The position numbers and the translations under genes were made by a program. Under the pieces are notes generated by a model. That model did no database searches. It had not been told where the DNA came from and saw nothing but the letters and a program-made list of their open reading frames with translations. Positions 1 through 14,984 of a stretch of 64,000 bases of DNA are shown piece after piece (within the stretch, counting starts at the first letter, position 1; the number at the start of each line of letters is the position of its first letter). Source of the DNA: the human T2T-CHM13v2.0 reference genome, Homo sapiens. The stretch is from assembly GCF_009914755.1 (NCBI RefSeq), contig NC_060946.1; one strand, written 5' to 3'.

Positions 1-854
1 GACTCATCAGAAAAAGAAGAAAAAAGAGGTATTTGGAAATTGTGCAAATTAAAGCAGCCCCTGATGCCAAAGTCTACACATTCCTGAGTGAGTCAGTTCT
101 GGCCAGTTCTAGCTGGATCAAGAGAGCTCTGCTGGGCAGGCCTGAAGAGCAGCTGGATGGCAGACACCTGAGGAGCCAGGTGCCTGAAACTTCCTCCACC
201 TTCTTGAGGAGCACCAAAGCCCAGGTGCTGGCTGGACAACCCCTTCTGGCTGCCTAAGCAGGTGGCAGAAGAAGGAAACAAGGTCAGAGGCAGAGTATTG
301 AACCCTGCCTCCCAGGTGGGTGGAAGATGCCTCTCGCCAAACTAGGGCCCAGCTTGCCGGGTGAGGTGGGTGAACTGGTGATCCCCCGAGAGAGTGGACG
401 TCAGAACTTCATGGTCCCAGACTTCACCTTGGCCAGCGAAGGAGAGAGAGTGTTAATGTTAACTGCAGGAGGCCCACTCTAGCCTTAAATTCTGTAATTC
501 AAACCATTCCCTTGGAGACAAAACAAACATGACAAGGAATTCTGAGGTCAGGGGACAAGAATAGCAAGTTCCCTAGTGGGAGACTGAGGAGGCAGTGTCC
601 TTTCTGCCCTTGGTCTACTGGCTAAGAACCTTCCTCAGCCTGACCTTTCCACGTTGCACTTTCAGCTCTGTTTGCAATTTTCCTCCTTTAGTGCTGAGGG
701 AATCCCAGTGTTCGATTCTGAAATCTATACGTTCCTAATGGGTGGTTAAAAAAAACCTCAGCAAGAGAAGCAGAAAATGTTTCCTCTTCCTGAAAACTGT
801 AGAAAGGCAGGCACCATTCTGGGTGGGACATGGTCCTTGCAAAAGTCTTTATTT

Positions 855-1198
<344 letters not shown>

Positions 1199-1769
1199 TA
1201 GGAAAGTTAGAAAGTAAAGGATAATGTATATAGAAAGCTTTTTGAAGACTCTTAAGAAGTTCATAAATATGGGGCACTATGACTATGCATATGAAAATAT
1301 TTCCTATCAGTTGGCAGTTACCACCTCTTATAGTGGCATGGAACCTCTTGAGTTAAACCAAGGCTCAGTGAGATTTGGTGATTTAGGTAGTGTCATTTTA
1401 TGAACAAGGAGGACCCTACTCAGGTCTTTTATTTTATTATACTTCTCTTTGACATTCACTCCAGTTAAAGAACTCTTTCAAAAGACCTCATGACTGGTCT
1501 CACAGAGATTCAAAGGTGTTTGAGTCCTTCCTTATTATGCCCTTGGAAGATGCTTTGAGGACCCCAGTGATGAATCCCAAGTACTCTGTCTCCATTATCC
1601 CTGGTATAGGGCACCTCATCACTCTGGTGTTATCCCTGAAGGGCCTTCATAATAATGTGCTTAAAGAGTCCCCTATTATGTCCTTCAGGATGGAGCTTGA
1701 CTTGCCCAAATTGCTATGTACATGTTAAAGAGAGGCTGGAACTGAAGTTGGTCATTTCTCACTGGATCA

Positions 1770-2500
1770 GTCAACAAGATTTGAGTACTTTCTGTGTGCT
1801 CTGCATCATTCTGAGTACTCTGGGGGACAGAATAAGGCATGGCTCCTGCCTTCAAGGAGTATGGAATTTAATAGAAGATGACAACATACATGATCGTAAA
1901 TCTATCTACATGAGAGTGCCTAATTGTGAGATTCCTAATAAACGGCAAGATATGTTCTGAAAATGTGAAACATAAATGAGGTTGAAGAAATTGTGAAAAG
2001 TTTAGCAGAGGAGGAATAATTCATCAGGTTCTTTAAATACAAGTAAAGGGGAAAGGAAGGACCATTTTTAAGTTTAGATATTCCAAGGGTTAGTGGTGAG
2101 GTTGATTATGGTATGTCTTCTCGTTGATGAGGGAGGAGACTGGCGAATAGTGGAAAATAAAGTTAAATAGCTAGGGTGGGGCCAAATTATGGGTTTTAAT
2201 AAAAGCCAGGCATTGAAATTTAGATTGGGGTGGTAGAAAAAGGAAGGCTTTAAAAGTTTTTGAGCCAATGAATGACATCATACAAGTTCTATATAAACAG
2301 CAGTGATTTCAGGATGGGAGAGAATGGCATCAGGAAGACCCACTTGAATGCTGGTAAGTAATGTTACTAACAGTGCCATTAGTAACATTAATGTTACTAG
2401 GGCCTGGACTGATATGCTGATGGAAGTGAGAATGAAGAATAAGATGGGATGAAAGAGATTTTGACAAGAGTTTTTTAATGAACCTGAAACGGGAAAGGGC
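1770..2500 (-). mobile_element. L2 LINE fragment (degenerate)
   Basis: Resembles the antisense L2 3' end (caacaagatttgagtac...ctgccttcaaggag). Boundaries approximate. Confidence 0.55.
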
Positions 2501-2598
2501 GAGAGTAACTAACCTGCTTGCCATGGACAGCAACGGGGTTGCTAGAAGATTAGCTGTGCGGAAAAAGTTATGCATTTACCTTTGGGCATAATGAAATG

Positions 2599-2914
2599 CA
2601 ATTGACTCTCCATATTCATGGGTTCTGCATCCACTGATTCAAACAACTGTGGAACAAAATTGTCAGAAAAAATAATACAATGATAAAAAATGATACAAAT
2701 AAAAAACAACATGGTATACCAACTATTTACATAGCATTTACATCATATTAAGTGTTATTAAGTAATCTAGAGATGATTTAAAGTATATAGGAGGATGTGT
2801 GTAGGTTACATGCAAATACTACACTATTTTATACCAGTAACTTGAGCATCTATGGATTTTGGTATACAAGGGGGATCCTGGAACCAATTCCCCATGCATA
2901 TCAAAGGATGACTG
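2599..2914 (-). mobile_element. MER2 (TcMar-Tigger) DNA transposon fossil
   Basis: Reverse complement reads cagtcatcctttgatatgcatggggaattggttccaggatccccc...tactttaaatcatctctagattac, matching MER2. TA follows the right terminus. Confidence 0.85.
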
Positions 2915-5380
2915 TATGAGTTATCTGTAAAATGGTTTGGTTGAAATGTTTAGAAAACAGCTAGAAATACAAGACTGGCTGTTGGATGAAAAAAACATAG
3001 GACTAGGAAATTCAGGTATGCTAGTCTTTTTGAGTATTGCTTAAAGCCATGGGAAAAGAGCTTCTGTGAGTTCCAAGGCAGATACAAGGACTGGCATTCA
3101 TGCACAGCTTCTAACAGATAAATCTGAAGAGTTCTTAGTATGCATGTTGACTGAAATTACTTTAGAAGTAATTTTTCTCCTGGTGATAAAAGGCATGTAA
3201 GGCTATTTTAGGAAATTGAAAAATGCAAAAAGGTATAAAGAAAAAGAAAAGATAATCATTAATAGTACGTTAGCAAACAAGATTTGACTAAAGATATGAC
3301 TTTCCTCCCGCTTGTTTTCTTATGCATATAAAGGGATAGGAAATATGTATGTATGTATGTGTGTGTATAGGATCATGCACTATATATAGCTTGCTTCTTT
3401 TTCCATCATGATAATTTTCCCATGTCATGAATTACGGCTTGCAAGTGCTTATTCTTAAAGGGCTGCATTATTTTTCATTATTTGGATTTATTGTTATTTA
3501 ATTGGAGCTCTATTATTGAACATTTAGATTGCTTCCAAAATTTTTTGCTCTTGTTAATATATTGTAATAAACTTCTGTGAAACACATACTCTTCACCTGC
3601 TACTTACATATGACTTCTGTAAGCAGAGACCTCTGTATCCCCAGGACCTAGAAGGTTACCTGGACATAGTAGTTGCTTAATTAAAAAAAAATATTGATTG
3701 AATGAAAGAAGACTATTAAATGTTCAGTTCTTCTTTTTTTATTCCAATTCCCTGTGTATCCAGGGGCCTCTTATTTGGCTGCATGTATGAGTTTGGCTGT
3801 AGTGAAAGTATTGGCCGTATATGACCATAAACAGGCATTCCTATTTCTGTCACAGTTATATTTGTCATTCTGTACTAATACATCTATATCCTGATTTCTA
3901 TTGAAGCATGGTTATTTTTGTTTGCTTCTAAGCAATGTAGCTACCCTATTGATGATGATAAAAATAAATTTCTGAGCCTATAAGACTGAGGATTGGGCCT
4001 AGGTTTTGGTAAATTGGCAAGATAATGGATGCTACCCTGTCAAGAGCCCTCTGAAGAGAAAAGTCTGCCAACCTTCACCAGGTAGAAACTCCTGGCAGTG
4101 CCACATTTTCCAGTTTGATGCCCTGTGATACCCTGAAAAGACAGATGTTTTACTCTTTTCAAATAATATTTTAACATGTTTTAAGACGCAAAGGCATTGT
4201 GTCAGACTTTTTTCTTAAGAATATATTTCATTACCACTCAGAAGTTAGCTTCCAAAAGAAATAAGTGTGTGCAAATGTTTATGATAGTGGTGTAGAGAAG
4301 TTTTTAAAATAAATGTGCATCTTTTATGGTAATAAAAGCACATTATGAAGAATTTTTTAGGTCCAGTTCACAGATTCCTTGTGCCTGGGGAAAACTTTAT
4401 TAGAAAATTAGATAATTTCTAATTTGATTAGGGGAAGTCTAATGGAAAAACTTTTTAACTGAGCGGTCCAATTCAAAACATGAATATCTGTGCTGGAAGC
4501 TTCTATTGAACTTTACTTAAGTCACATCTAAGACCCTCTGCCTGTCAGTCCACCATTACCCTAACAGTGGTAGAAATTCTTTATATGACACCCAGATCTT
4601 TTTTTGTTGCACTTTTAAGCTGTGTAGGAAACACACTGCCCACATGTTCATACAACACAGAGTGATTATCCACTTAGTTCCTAAAAAGTTGTATTTGGTT
4701 ATGGGGTTTGATCCCACTTGTCCAGGGTTTAGGTCAGCTACTGAAGATTAGGATATCTGGGTACCTCTTACTGGAGAATCCATTCCTGTTTTCATTTCAT
4801 TCCTGGGGGCAATATTCAATCTGGTGTGGCCCTCTGTATTATAAAATGTTTCCCAGATTGTGTTTATCTGAAATACAAATCCAAGAAGAAGCATGGTGTT
4901 AATTGCCGTGTAAAAAAAATTCCAGAGTCAAGAGCTTGAGAAGTTCTATTCCTTCCTTCATAGGTTCAGTTGTTTAACCCAGCATTTTTCAAACATATTT
5001 TACTCCTAGAACCTGTTTTTCCTCAGACATATTTCAGAAAAAAGCGTTTTGTAGAACACATTTGGACAAATGATACTTTATATCATTGCTTTGTTTTTTA
5101 AATTTTAGTTTGACTCAATTTTACAGTTTCAGGATTTTGTTTCTGTTTCACGTTTTAAGCTTTTCTTTTATAAATAGTTACTTTCCTAGTCTGAAATCTA
5201 TACATTGTTTCAGTAATGAATTCATTATGTAAATTTGCCCATCATTCATCTAAAGGGAATAAACGTTAAATTGTTTTTTTAAATTTTGACTTGTGTCACA
5301 TATGAGAATATAAAGTATATCTGTACAATAAAGGAAAATGAAACATCAAAGTATCTACCTCAGGTTAAGAAGCAGAACTT

Positions 5381-5611
5381 GGCCGGGCATGGTGGCTCAC
5401 ACCTGTAATCCCAGCACTTTGGGAGGCAGAAGTGGGAATATCACTTGAAGCCAGGAGTTGGAGACCAGCTTGTTCAATAAAGGAAGACCTCATCTCTAAC
5501 AACAACCACAGCAGCAAAAAATTAGCCAGGCACGGTGGCACATGCTTATAGTCCCAGCTACTGGTGTAGCCTCGAACTCCTGGTCTCAAGCCATCTTCCC
5601 ACCTCAGCCTC
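5381..5611 (+). mobile_element. AluJ-like element, 3'-truncated, with an internal inversion (5565-5611)
   Basis: Sense Alu up to gtcccagctact at 5562, then the reverse complement of the next Alu segment. Confidence 0.85.
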
Positions 5612-5619
5612 ATGTTCTA

Positions 5620-6200
5620 GTGAACTTTGTTATGCAGTGTCTCCTATTCTACATGTGCAGGAGTATTTTTACAGTATGTACCTGGAGTGGAATTGCTTGG
5701 TCATTGGGCATGTGTGTGTTCAGCTCTATTGAGTGGCATCAAACTGTTCTCCAAAGCAGTTGTACCAATCTACACCCTCACCAGCAGTGAATAGTCTTCC
5801 CATTGTTCTTCCTCAATGAAACTAGATATTCACAGCCTTTTAGGTTTTTCCTAGAGTATGAAGTGGTATCTCTTTGGGGTTTTAATGTTTATTTCCCTGA
5901 TTAGAATTGTAGTCGAGCATCTTTTATTATGTTTATGGGCCATTTATGTTTTCTCTTCTGTGAAATTCCTATTCGGGTTTTTTGCTCATTTTAAATGTTG
6001 TTGTTTGTGTTTTTCTTATATAGGAATTCTTCATGCATTCAAGATGCACGTATGTTGTTCAGAATAGTACCTGAGACATAGAAACAACTTTGTAAGAGTA
6101 GCTATCATTATATTACCATTGTATTTAATCCTTTGTTTTTATGTGTTAACAATTATCTTCTGCTAGTTTGTGGCTTATTTTTCATTCTGTGATGCTAATT
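5620..6200 (-). mobile_element. Old L1 (L1M) fragment
   Basis: Antisense L1 ORF2 3' motifs (gagtggaattgcttggtca, ccaccagcagtg, gagcatcttttattatgtttatgggccatt). Confidence 0.7.
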
Positions 6201-6312
6201 TTTTAACCTAGTATTCTATTATTTTAAAAATACACAATCTTGAGTAGTCTATATATTCATAACCATGACATATTCATGTTGCGTATGTTCTGTGTCATAA
6301 CCCAGAACTTTC

Positions 6313-6734
<422 letters not shown>

Positions 6735-6782
6735 TAGATGCATTGTGATTATTTCGAAGACAAAACATTTTTGGCATTGTGA

Positions 6783-6893
6783 GATATATATGTATATATG
6801 TATGTATATATATGTATATAATATATATTGTATAAATATTTATTTATATTTTAAATGTCATATAAAAATTATATATATATATATATATATATA
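6783..6893. repeat. (TA)n-rich microsatellite
   Basis: Interrupted TA repeats read directly. Confidence 0.9.
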
Positions 6894-7199
6894 AAGGCCA
6901 CTTATCCCTAATATAGGGACTCGATTAGTTTCTGCTAGTGTGGAGACAAGTCATATCATGGCTAGGGGTCATGATGGTAGGAGCAGTCAGAGGATTTCTT
7001 GCATTGTGATGAGTGCATATAAGTTAAATGAGCCACTTATCAGTAGATTTGATAGCAGGATAACAGTTATATCACTGATACCTAGGCAGTACATGACACT
7101 CGGTAAAGAATAGATTAATCCTCATGCTCTTCATCTTCCTCCTAATCTCTTTACCTGTGCTGCCCTCCAGCTTTCAAAGTGCTCTGAGTCACCACTTAC

Positions 7200-7603
7200 A
7201 CTGTGTTCCTTAGCTGCCCCTTCAGTGGGCCAGTGTTTCTGTGCCCCAGTGTTCCTGAGAGTTAGAACACAGAAAACAGAGCAAGCTCTTGTCCACATCA
7301 CAGAACATCTTTGTCTCCCTGTGGATCCCACACATTTGTTCATTAGAGCTCAGGAATTGCCAGAGACTGGCTTTTCTGGCAATGGACACTAGATTCTTCA
7401 GAGGAATATTGGTTGAAATCTTCCTGCTGTGACAGTTCCCTGCATGCAGGGCAGGAATATGTGCTTCTTCCCAGCAAAGGCAGAGGCAGGGCCTACAGAA
7501 ACTGTGCCCGCAGCCTATAGTGATGGGGTCTATGAGGTAATTCAGGCAGATGAGGCAGGCGAGTTCTTTCTGGAAGGCTTGTGGGAAGTCTAAGTCCATT
7601 TTT
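7200..7603 (-). pseudogene. TRIM43: TRIM43-like unprocessed pseudogene fragment: first coding exon (RING + B-box)
   Basis: [46 protein letters not shown]...[40 protein letters not shown] closely follows TRIM43 as I recall it. Acceptor cag|aaaaATG (ATG at 7599); donor AAKEHS|gtaagt at 7199. Two compensating deletions near 7450 and 7413 scramble the last RING cysteines; a further frameshift lies near 7245. No downstream exons recognised. The symbol names the parent gene, not this locus. Confidence 0.88.
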
Positions 7604-7861
7604 CTGAGGGAAGGAAATCAGAAGAATTTATTCTTATGCCATAGAGAGACAAAGATCTACGCAAAGTTTGAATCAGGTTTTGAGTATGATCTGCTCACAG
7701 GTTTAAATCTATAGCAGGATATGATTTTATTTTGCACATAACAAAAATGAAAAACTGAGGCACAGAATTCAAGCTTTGCAGAAAAATGTGTTGGCTCCCT
7801 AACCAACACACACACACATCTACTTTCCCAAATTCTTTCCTCCTGTATGAAAAAAACTTAA

Positions 7862-8145
7862 GGCTGGGCTCAGTGGCTCATGCTTGTAATCCAGCACTTT
7901 GGGAGGCTGAGGCAGCAGGATTGCTTGATCCAAGGAGTCCAAGACCAGCCTGGGCAAGATGATGAGACCCTGTCTCTACAAAAAGAAAAGGAGGAAAAAA
8001 TTAGCTGAGCATGCCAATAGTCCCAGCTACTAGGGAGGCTGAGGTGAGAGGATTGCTTGAGCCCAGAAGGTCAAGGCGGCAGTGAGCCATAATCCAGCCA
8101 CTACACTCTAGCCTGAATGACAGAGCAAGACTCTGTCTCAAAAAT
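7862..8145 (+). mobile_element. Alu (AluJ-like)
   Basis: Dimeric Alu with J-type ggattgcttgagcccag motif. Confidence 0.9.
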
Positions 8146-8147
8146 GA

Positions 8148-8245
8148 ACAAAGAAAGAAAAGAAAGAAAGAGAGAGAGAGAGAGGGAGGGAAGGAGGAAG
8201 GAAGGAAGGAAGGAAGGAAGGAAGGAAGAAAAGGAAGGAAGGAAG
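8148..8245 (+). repeat. (GAAA)n/(GA)n/(GGAA)n purine tract
   Basis: Read directly; derived from the Alu tail. Confidence 0.9.
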
Positions 8246-8481
8246 TTTACAGAGTTTTTTGAGGTGTTAGTGTTCCCTAAATTGTATGGTCTTCAGAGGT
8301 TTACCCTCCTATAGCTTCAAGGGGTGAGTCCTGACTGGTAGGAAAATCAATCACACTCTTACTTGCCAGTGATTCATTTAGGGAAGACAGCTAACTAAGC
8401 TCTTCCACTTTGATTATTTCATTTAATTGTAACAGCCATCTTATCATGACTTCTTCAAAATTACCCTGCCAGTAAGTGTTG

Positions 8482-8573
8482 GAGGACTCCCCAGAAGCAG
8501 AAACCACCATGCTTCCTGTATAGCCTACGGAACCATGAGCCAACTAAAGGTGTTTCTCAGGTATTTCTTTATA
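8482..8573 (+). mobile_element. MST (ERVL-MaLR) LTR 3' fragment, copy 1
   Basis: gaagcagaaaccaccatgcttcctgtatagcct..gaaccatgagccaa; near-identical to 9490-9581. Confidence 0.75.
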
Positions 8574-9427
8574 TCTTTGGCCAAAATTAAAGAGTTAGGC
8601 TTTACTCTCCAAGATACTGCAACAGATAAAAACGAGCCACCACTGTTTTCTAATGTTGTTTTCTTGTTAATTCAATCAACAAGTATTTTCTGGTAAGTTT
8701 AGTGTTCCAGAGACTGTTAACCTGGTGATGCACCGGTTAATGAAACATCCTTAAGAGAAATAAAAGTTGAAAAATAAGCCAGATGATAAAATGCAGTAGT
8801 GTACACAATGCCACTTATCCGCATGTCTTCTGTCTGTCACCCATGATCCGGAAAATTTCTTTAGTATAAGCCATTGATAAAGATGCCTGAAAAATTCATG
8901 TATAGAAGACATAGTCACAAAATTACTTTTTTCCTTTGATATCCCTTGTTACCTCAAACAGAATTTACCACTCCAATTCGATTTCTGAATACATGGGAGT
9001 TAATAGAATACTCCTAATCCATTTATAGGATCTGCACTAAGTACAAAAATTAAAGACATCTGAAAACTATTTGGTGAGTCCTTATAATCCATATCAATAA
9101 TTATGGAATATATTAAGTAATAGACCAAAAATTAATCATCATATTAACCAAAAACACATAGCAAGACAAGATAACTAAATATTTTCATTTGGAAATTGGG
9201 AAATTTAGTCAATTTTAAAACTCAGCAAATGAGATCATTTCACAGAAGCAACCTAGGTTTGCTGGTAAATTAAAATTATGACATTTTGTTTTGGTTTGGG
9301 AGGGTAGTTCCTCTTCTGTAAATTGTGTACTCACATAAGAAATATATCTATGTTCTCACGGACACTTACTGTAGAGGTAATAATATGAAGTTAGCTCAGG
9401 GATCAGGGCCTCACAGTGCAGTGCTGG

Positions 9428-9464
<37 letters not shown>

Positions 9465-9605
9465 CCTGCACCTTGAGTAAAAGTTTCCTGAGGCCTCCCT
9501 GGAAGCAGAAACCACCATGCTTCCTGTATAGCCTATGGAACCGTGAGCCAACTAAAGGTATTTCTCATGTATTTCTTTATAGCAATGCAAGAACATACTA
9601 ATACA
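9465..9605 (+). mobile_element. MST (ERVL-MaLR) LTR 3' fragment, copy 2
   Basis: Ends ...tatttctttatagcaatgcaagaacatactaataca, the MST terminus. Preceded by a T run at 9433-9462. Confidence 0.8.
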
Positions 9606-11022
9606 GCTAAGCAGAGGCCATCAGGACCAGCAACAGTCTGAGCTGGATGAGAGACAAAGCTAAACTTTGAGCAGCAGTAGGAGCTGCCAGGGAGACAGAA
9701 AGGAAGGACGGACTCCTAAATTCCAGGATGTCTCCTTTAAGTCTGTAAGAAGCTCAGCCACCGTCTCCTTACCTGACTCCTCTGGGAAAGAGTTTCCCTA
9801 GGTTAAGCCATACAGGGATAGGGTAGGAGATGCCATTTGGATCTAGGAGCAGAGGGCAGAGACTCAGCAGGAAGAGTGTCTCTTTGAGAAGGAGACACAG
9901 TGGAACAGCTGTGTAGGTTCACAGGGCCAGCTGTGGGTAGAGTTGAGTGTACATTTTTAGAAGCCACAATTCCCAAAAATCTCCTGACTATAACATCAGT
10001 GCACGGAGCCAGTCAAATGGAGGAGGAGTGGGTCCAGGCAATTCAGGAAGAAGGAAAGTAACAAATGAGTGGTTGCAGGAGGACACCCTTTCTGTCGAGG
10101 TCACTAAACAAAACATTGTCTCCTCCCCTTAACTTCGGAAACAAGCAATGGAGGGTAAAAGTGTTGCCTGGGCCCTGGGGGCAAAGGCAGTAGATAACTT
10201 CTCTGTCGTGTTCTCCAGAAGGGCCCATTCCAGCCTCACAGGCCGAGAAGTCTGTTCGGTTCCCAAGTACTAGAGATGCTGCTATAAGGGACTCCCGAAT
10301 TTCCTTCCTGAACCAGAGGCTGCCCAGCCTTTTCTTCCTGTTTTATTTTTTCCCAGGAAGAAACTTGCCTGTACAATTACAAGGTTCTACGGTTCTAAAT
10401 TCCATTCTAGTCTTCCACATCATTTTGAAGGTATAATATTATTTGTCAAAGTGGGATGATAGAAGATATGTGTGGACTTAAAATTAAATTGTTGACAAGG
10501 AAAAAAACTAAAATAAGAAAATAAGAGAGAAAAAATATATGCATGTACAGTGGTTAGCTAGAAATATGCCTTTTAAATATTTGGCATGTGGTATGTGGGC
10601 CTCAATGTGTACTATTGCACTAGCTTCCCAAATATTAAAGGATGTCTTTTAAAAGAAAAACCTCTTGCTAAAAGGTTAACAGTTAAAATAACCAGAGTGG
10701 CACAGGTACCAGTCATTAAGTGAAACCTTTCATCTTCCCAGAATAGTACCTGTTCCCAAGCCAGCTTCTTTGAAAATCACTTTTCTCTCCTTTACTATTT
10801 AGTTTACAGATTGTATAGTAACAATATAGAAACCACAATAGTAGCAAAAAAAATAAAGAATATTTTTAAATGAAAACTCACATCCTAACTCTAACAAAAC
10901 ATGAAAATTAAACCTGAATGCCTCCCATTCCTGATATATTTTTCACCTAAATATTCAGCTCTGGGATTGCATTGTTTTTGGATTGAGTGGAAATTATTGC
11001 CTGGTCTTGAAATCTTCCACAA

Positions 11023-11080
11023 TGTGTGTGTGTGTGCGTGTGTGCATGTGTGCGTGTGTGTGTATGTGTGTATGTGTGGT
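11023..11080. repeat. (TG)n microsatellite
   Basis: Read directly. Confidence 0.95.
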
Positions 11081-11249
11081 GAATATATTTCTTTTTGTTC
11101 AGAGGAAACATTTTTTCAATATGTATATTTATTTTAGGCAGATTATGCTAGTAATTTTCTACAAATGTGCTTTTTAAAAAATAACCTTTAATTTAAAAAA
11201 AAATTATTCTTTCTCAGTGGCCCACAATTGTTAAAAATGCTACTAATGG

Positions 11250-11795
<546 letters not shown>

Positions 11796-11939
11796 AAGTA
11801 TTTGTTTTAGAAAAAACATTTGGTGAGGTTTGGGCTTAAAAATATATTATTCTAAAATATTCATAAATATTCTCTAGTAATGATAAGATTAAAGTGACAA
11901 AGACAAACTTTTTTCCTGTGCAGTTCCATCTCTCGCCTT

Positions 11940-12203
11940 CCCGTAATTTGTCTGTCCCATCCAGCTTCCAAAGGAAATTATTTACAAAATACTGTCTGCA
12001 TCCTGGGTCTATATATCTATCGCCTATGAGGAGAGCATTTAAGATCTGAGCCATCTTCAAGTCTTATACTTTGTGTATAGCTCTCATGTTTTTGCAGGTG
12101 AAGTAAGTTTGTATACCCTTTCTTTTATGAATCTGTGTCTGGTCAGTTCATTTCGGGTAATCTTCAGAGGGTGAAAGGGGAAGCTTTGCACTTCACTCCT
12201 ACT
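11940..12203 (+). mobile_element. ERV1 LTR 3' part (MER39/MER34-like)
   Basis: Terminal motif cttcagagggtgaaaggggaagc..cctac. Subfamily uncertain. Confidence 0.5.
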
Positions 12204-12428
12204 GTGACAACTAACTACCTTCTTACTTATTCAATGTTTTAGTCTATATCAACACTTTCATATACATTTACTTTTAAACACAATTTTGCATCATTACACT
12301 TAATATTTTATTTACCTTTTAAAAAGGAAATTAAAAATAAAATTAAAAATTATAAAATTTTACATAATAAAAATAAAATAAATGATTTATATACAAATTA
12401 ATCTGACCTGTGAAAAACACTATCCAGA

Positions 12429-12728
<300 letters not shown>

Positions 12729-13125
12729 GAAAAACACTATCGAGAGAATAAAAAGACAAATCACAGACTGGGAGTAAAAATTTACAAAACTATATCTGGT
12801 GAAGATACATTTGTCATCCAAAACATACAAAGAACTCTCAGGACTCAATAATAGGAAAACAAATAGTCTAACACAAATGTAGAGATCTGAACAGACATTT
12901 CACCATAGAATACAGATGGATGATACGTAAGCACATTGAAAGATGTTCAACATCATTCTTCATTAGGGAAATGTAAATTAAAACCACAATGAGATACTGC
13001 TACATGCCTATTAGAATAGCTAAAATTTAAAAGACTGACCATACTAAACACTGGTGAGAACACAAAGGAACAGGAATGCTCATACACTGCTGCTGGAAAT
13101 ACAGCCACTTTGTCAGTTTCTTTAA

Positions 13126-13458
<333 letters not shown>

Positions 13459-13813
13459 TCAAATCCTGCTTATTTGCCCAAGACAAATGAAAGCTTATGT
13501 CCAAACGATTGGACAAACATTCGTAGCAACTTTATTTGAAATAGCAAAAACAACTGGAAGCAAACCAAATGTCCATCAAGAGGTCCATCAATAGATACAC
13601 TAACTGTAGAATATCCATACAATAAAACTTTTTTTTTAAACTACGGGGCAAAAAACAAAAAACCAAAGATAGAATCTAACTTCTTGGTAAATACATTCAC
13701 TATTAGGGTTTTTATAACAGAGAAGTCATTCTTTATTAACACTCTTTTGACTATGAAAATATTTTGACATCAAAAATCTGCAAAATATGAAGAAACAAAG
13801 GACACACAGCTTT

Positions 13814-14127
13814 TTCTATTTTCTATTTTTATTTTATTTTTATTTTTTTGAGAAGGAGTCTCTTTCTGTCACCCAGGCTAGAGTGCAGTGGGGCGATCTC
13901 GGCTCACTGCAAGCTGCGCCTCCCGGTTCGCGCCATTCTCCTGCCTCAGTCTCCCGAGTAGCTGGGACTACAGGCGCCCGCCACCAAGCCCGGCTAATTT
14001 TTTGTATTTTTAGTAGAGACGGGGTTTCACCATTAGCCAGGATGGTCTCAATCTCCTGACCTCGTGATCTGCCCGCCTGGGCTTCTCAAAGTGCTGGGAT
14101 TACAGGCGTGAGCCACCGCCCCCGGCC
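13814..14127 (-). mobile_element. AluY
   Basis: TSD aggacacacagcttt at 13799-13813 and 14130-14144. Confidence 0.95.
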
Positions 14128-14984
14128 CCAGGACACACAGCTTTAAAATTTCTCCTTGGTCTCACCCAGTGCCAACCACCTAAAACCTCTCATTTTCCCC
14201 CAGACATTTCTTCTGCCTCCAGGATGGAGGTAGAGAATCTTGGCCTTGGGCCACGCACTGGGGAGCATGCTGGGCTGCCGTGGTCAGTGACGGACTCAGG
14301 TTCTCACCAGGATCCCCAAAATAGGCCCCTGAAAAAAATGTTACCATCAGGGTGCGCTCCCTGATTCTTGTGTCTGCTGGAAGGAGGAAATCAAGCCAGG
14401 AACATTGTCAGGATAGAGATGAAAATGGGGCTTACTTTTCTGTCTCTTGTGATGTCAGACAAGCCTTTCAGCTCTGTCTCCTCAGCCCTCATGGAATTGT
14501 TTCGTGTGGACGCACCGAGATTCTGAACTGGGTCCCCTTTCCCTCTGCCCTTCTCTGGGGCCAGATTCTGAGCTCTCCATTCCAATTTTTCCCCCAATTT
14601 GCCCTTGCACTTATTTATCTGGATTACTGTCTGCCTGTCCCAAAGAATAAAAGCTTTATCACAGTGGGGACTTTGTTTAAAAAAAAATAATAACGGCTAT
14701 ATTTTTAGGATCCATGACACTGTCCAGCATATCGGTGGTATCTGATAAAAAATGTTTGTTGACTGAATGAACAAATATATTACTCACAATTCACATTATC
14801 CTGAACTGGCTAGAAAATTAAATATCTGATATCAGTATTGGCAACATTATGAAGTAAATATAATTCTGATACAGTGCTCGTGAAAGTCTAATATGAAATG
14901 CTCATTTTAGAAAACATTTTCTTGTAGATTTGAAAATGTTTCATCTCCATGAACTAGTTGTATATCTGCAAGTTGTGTATCTTT

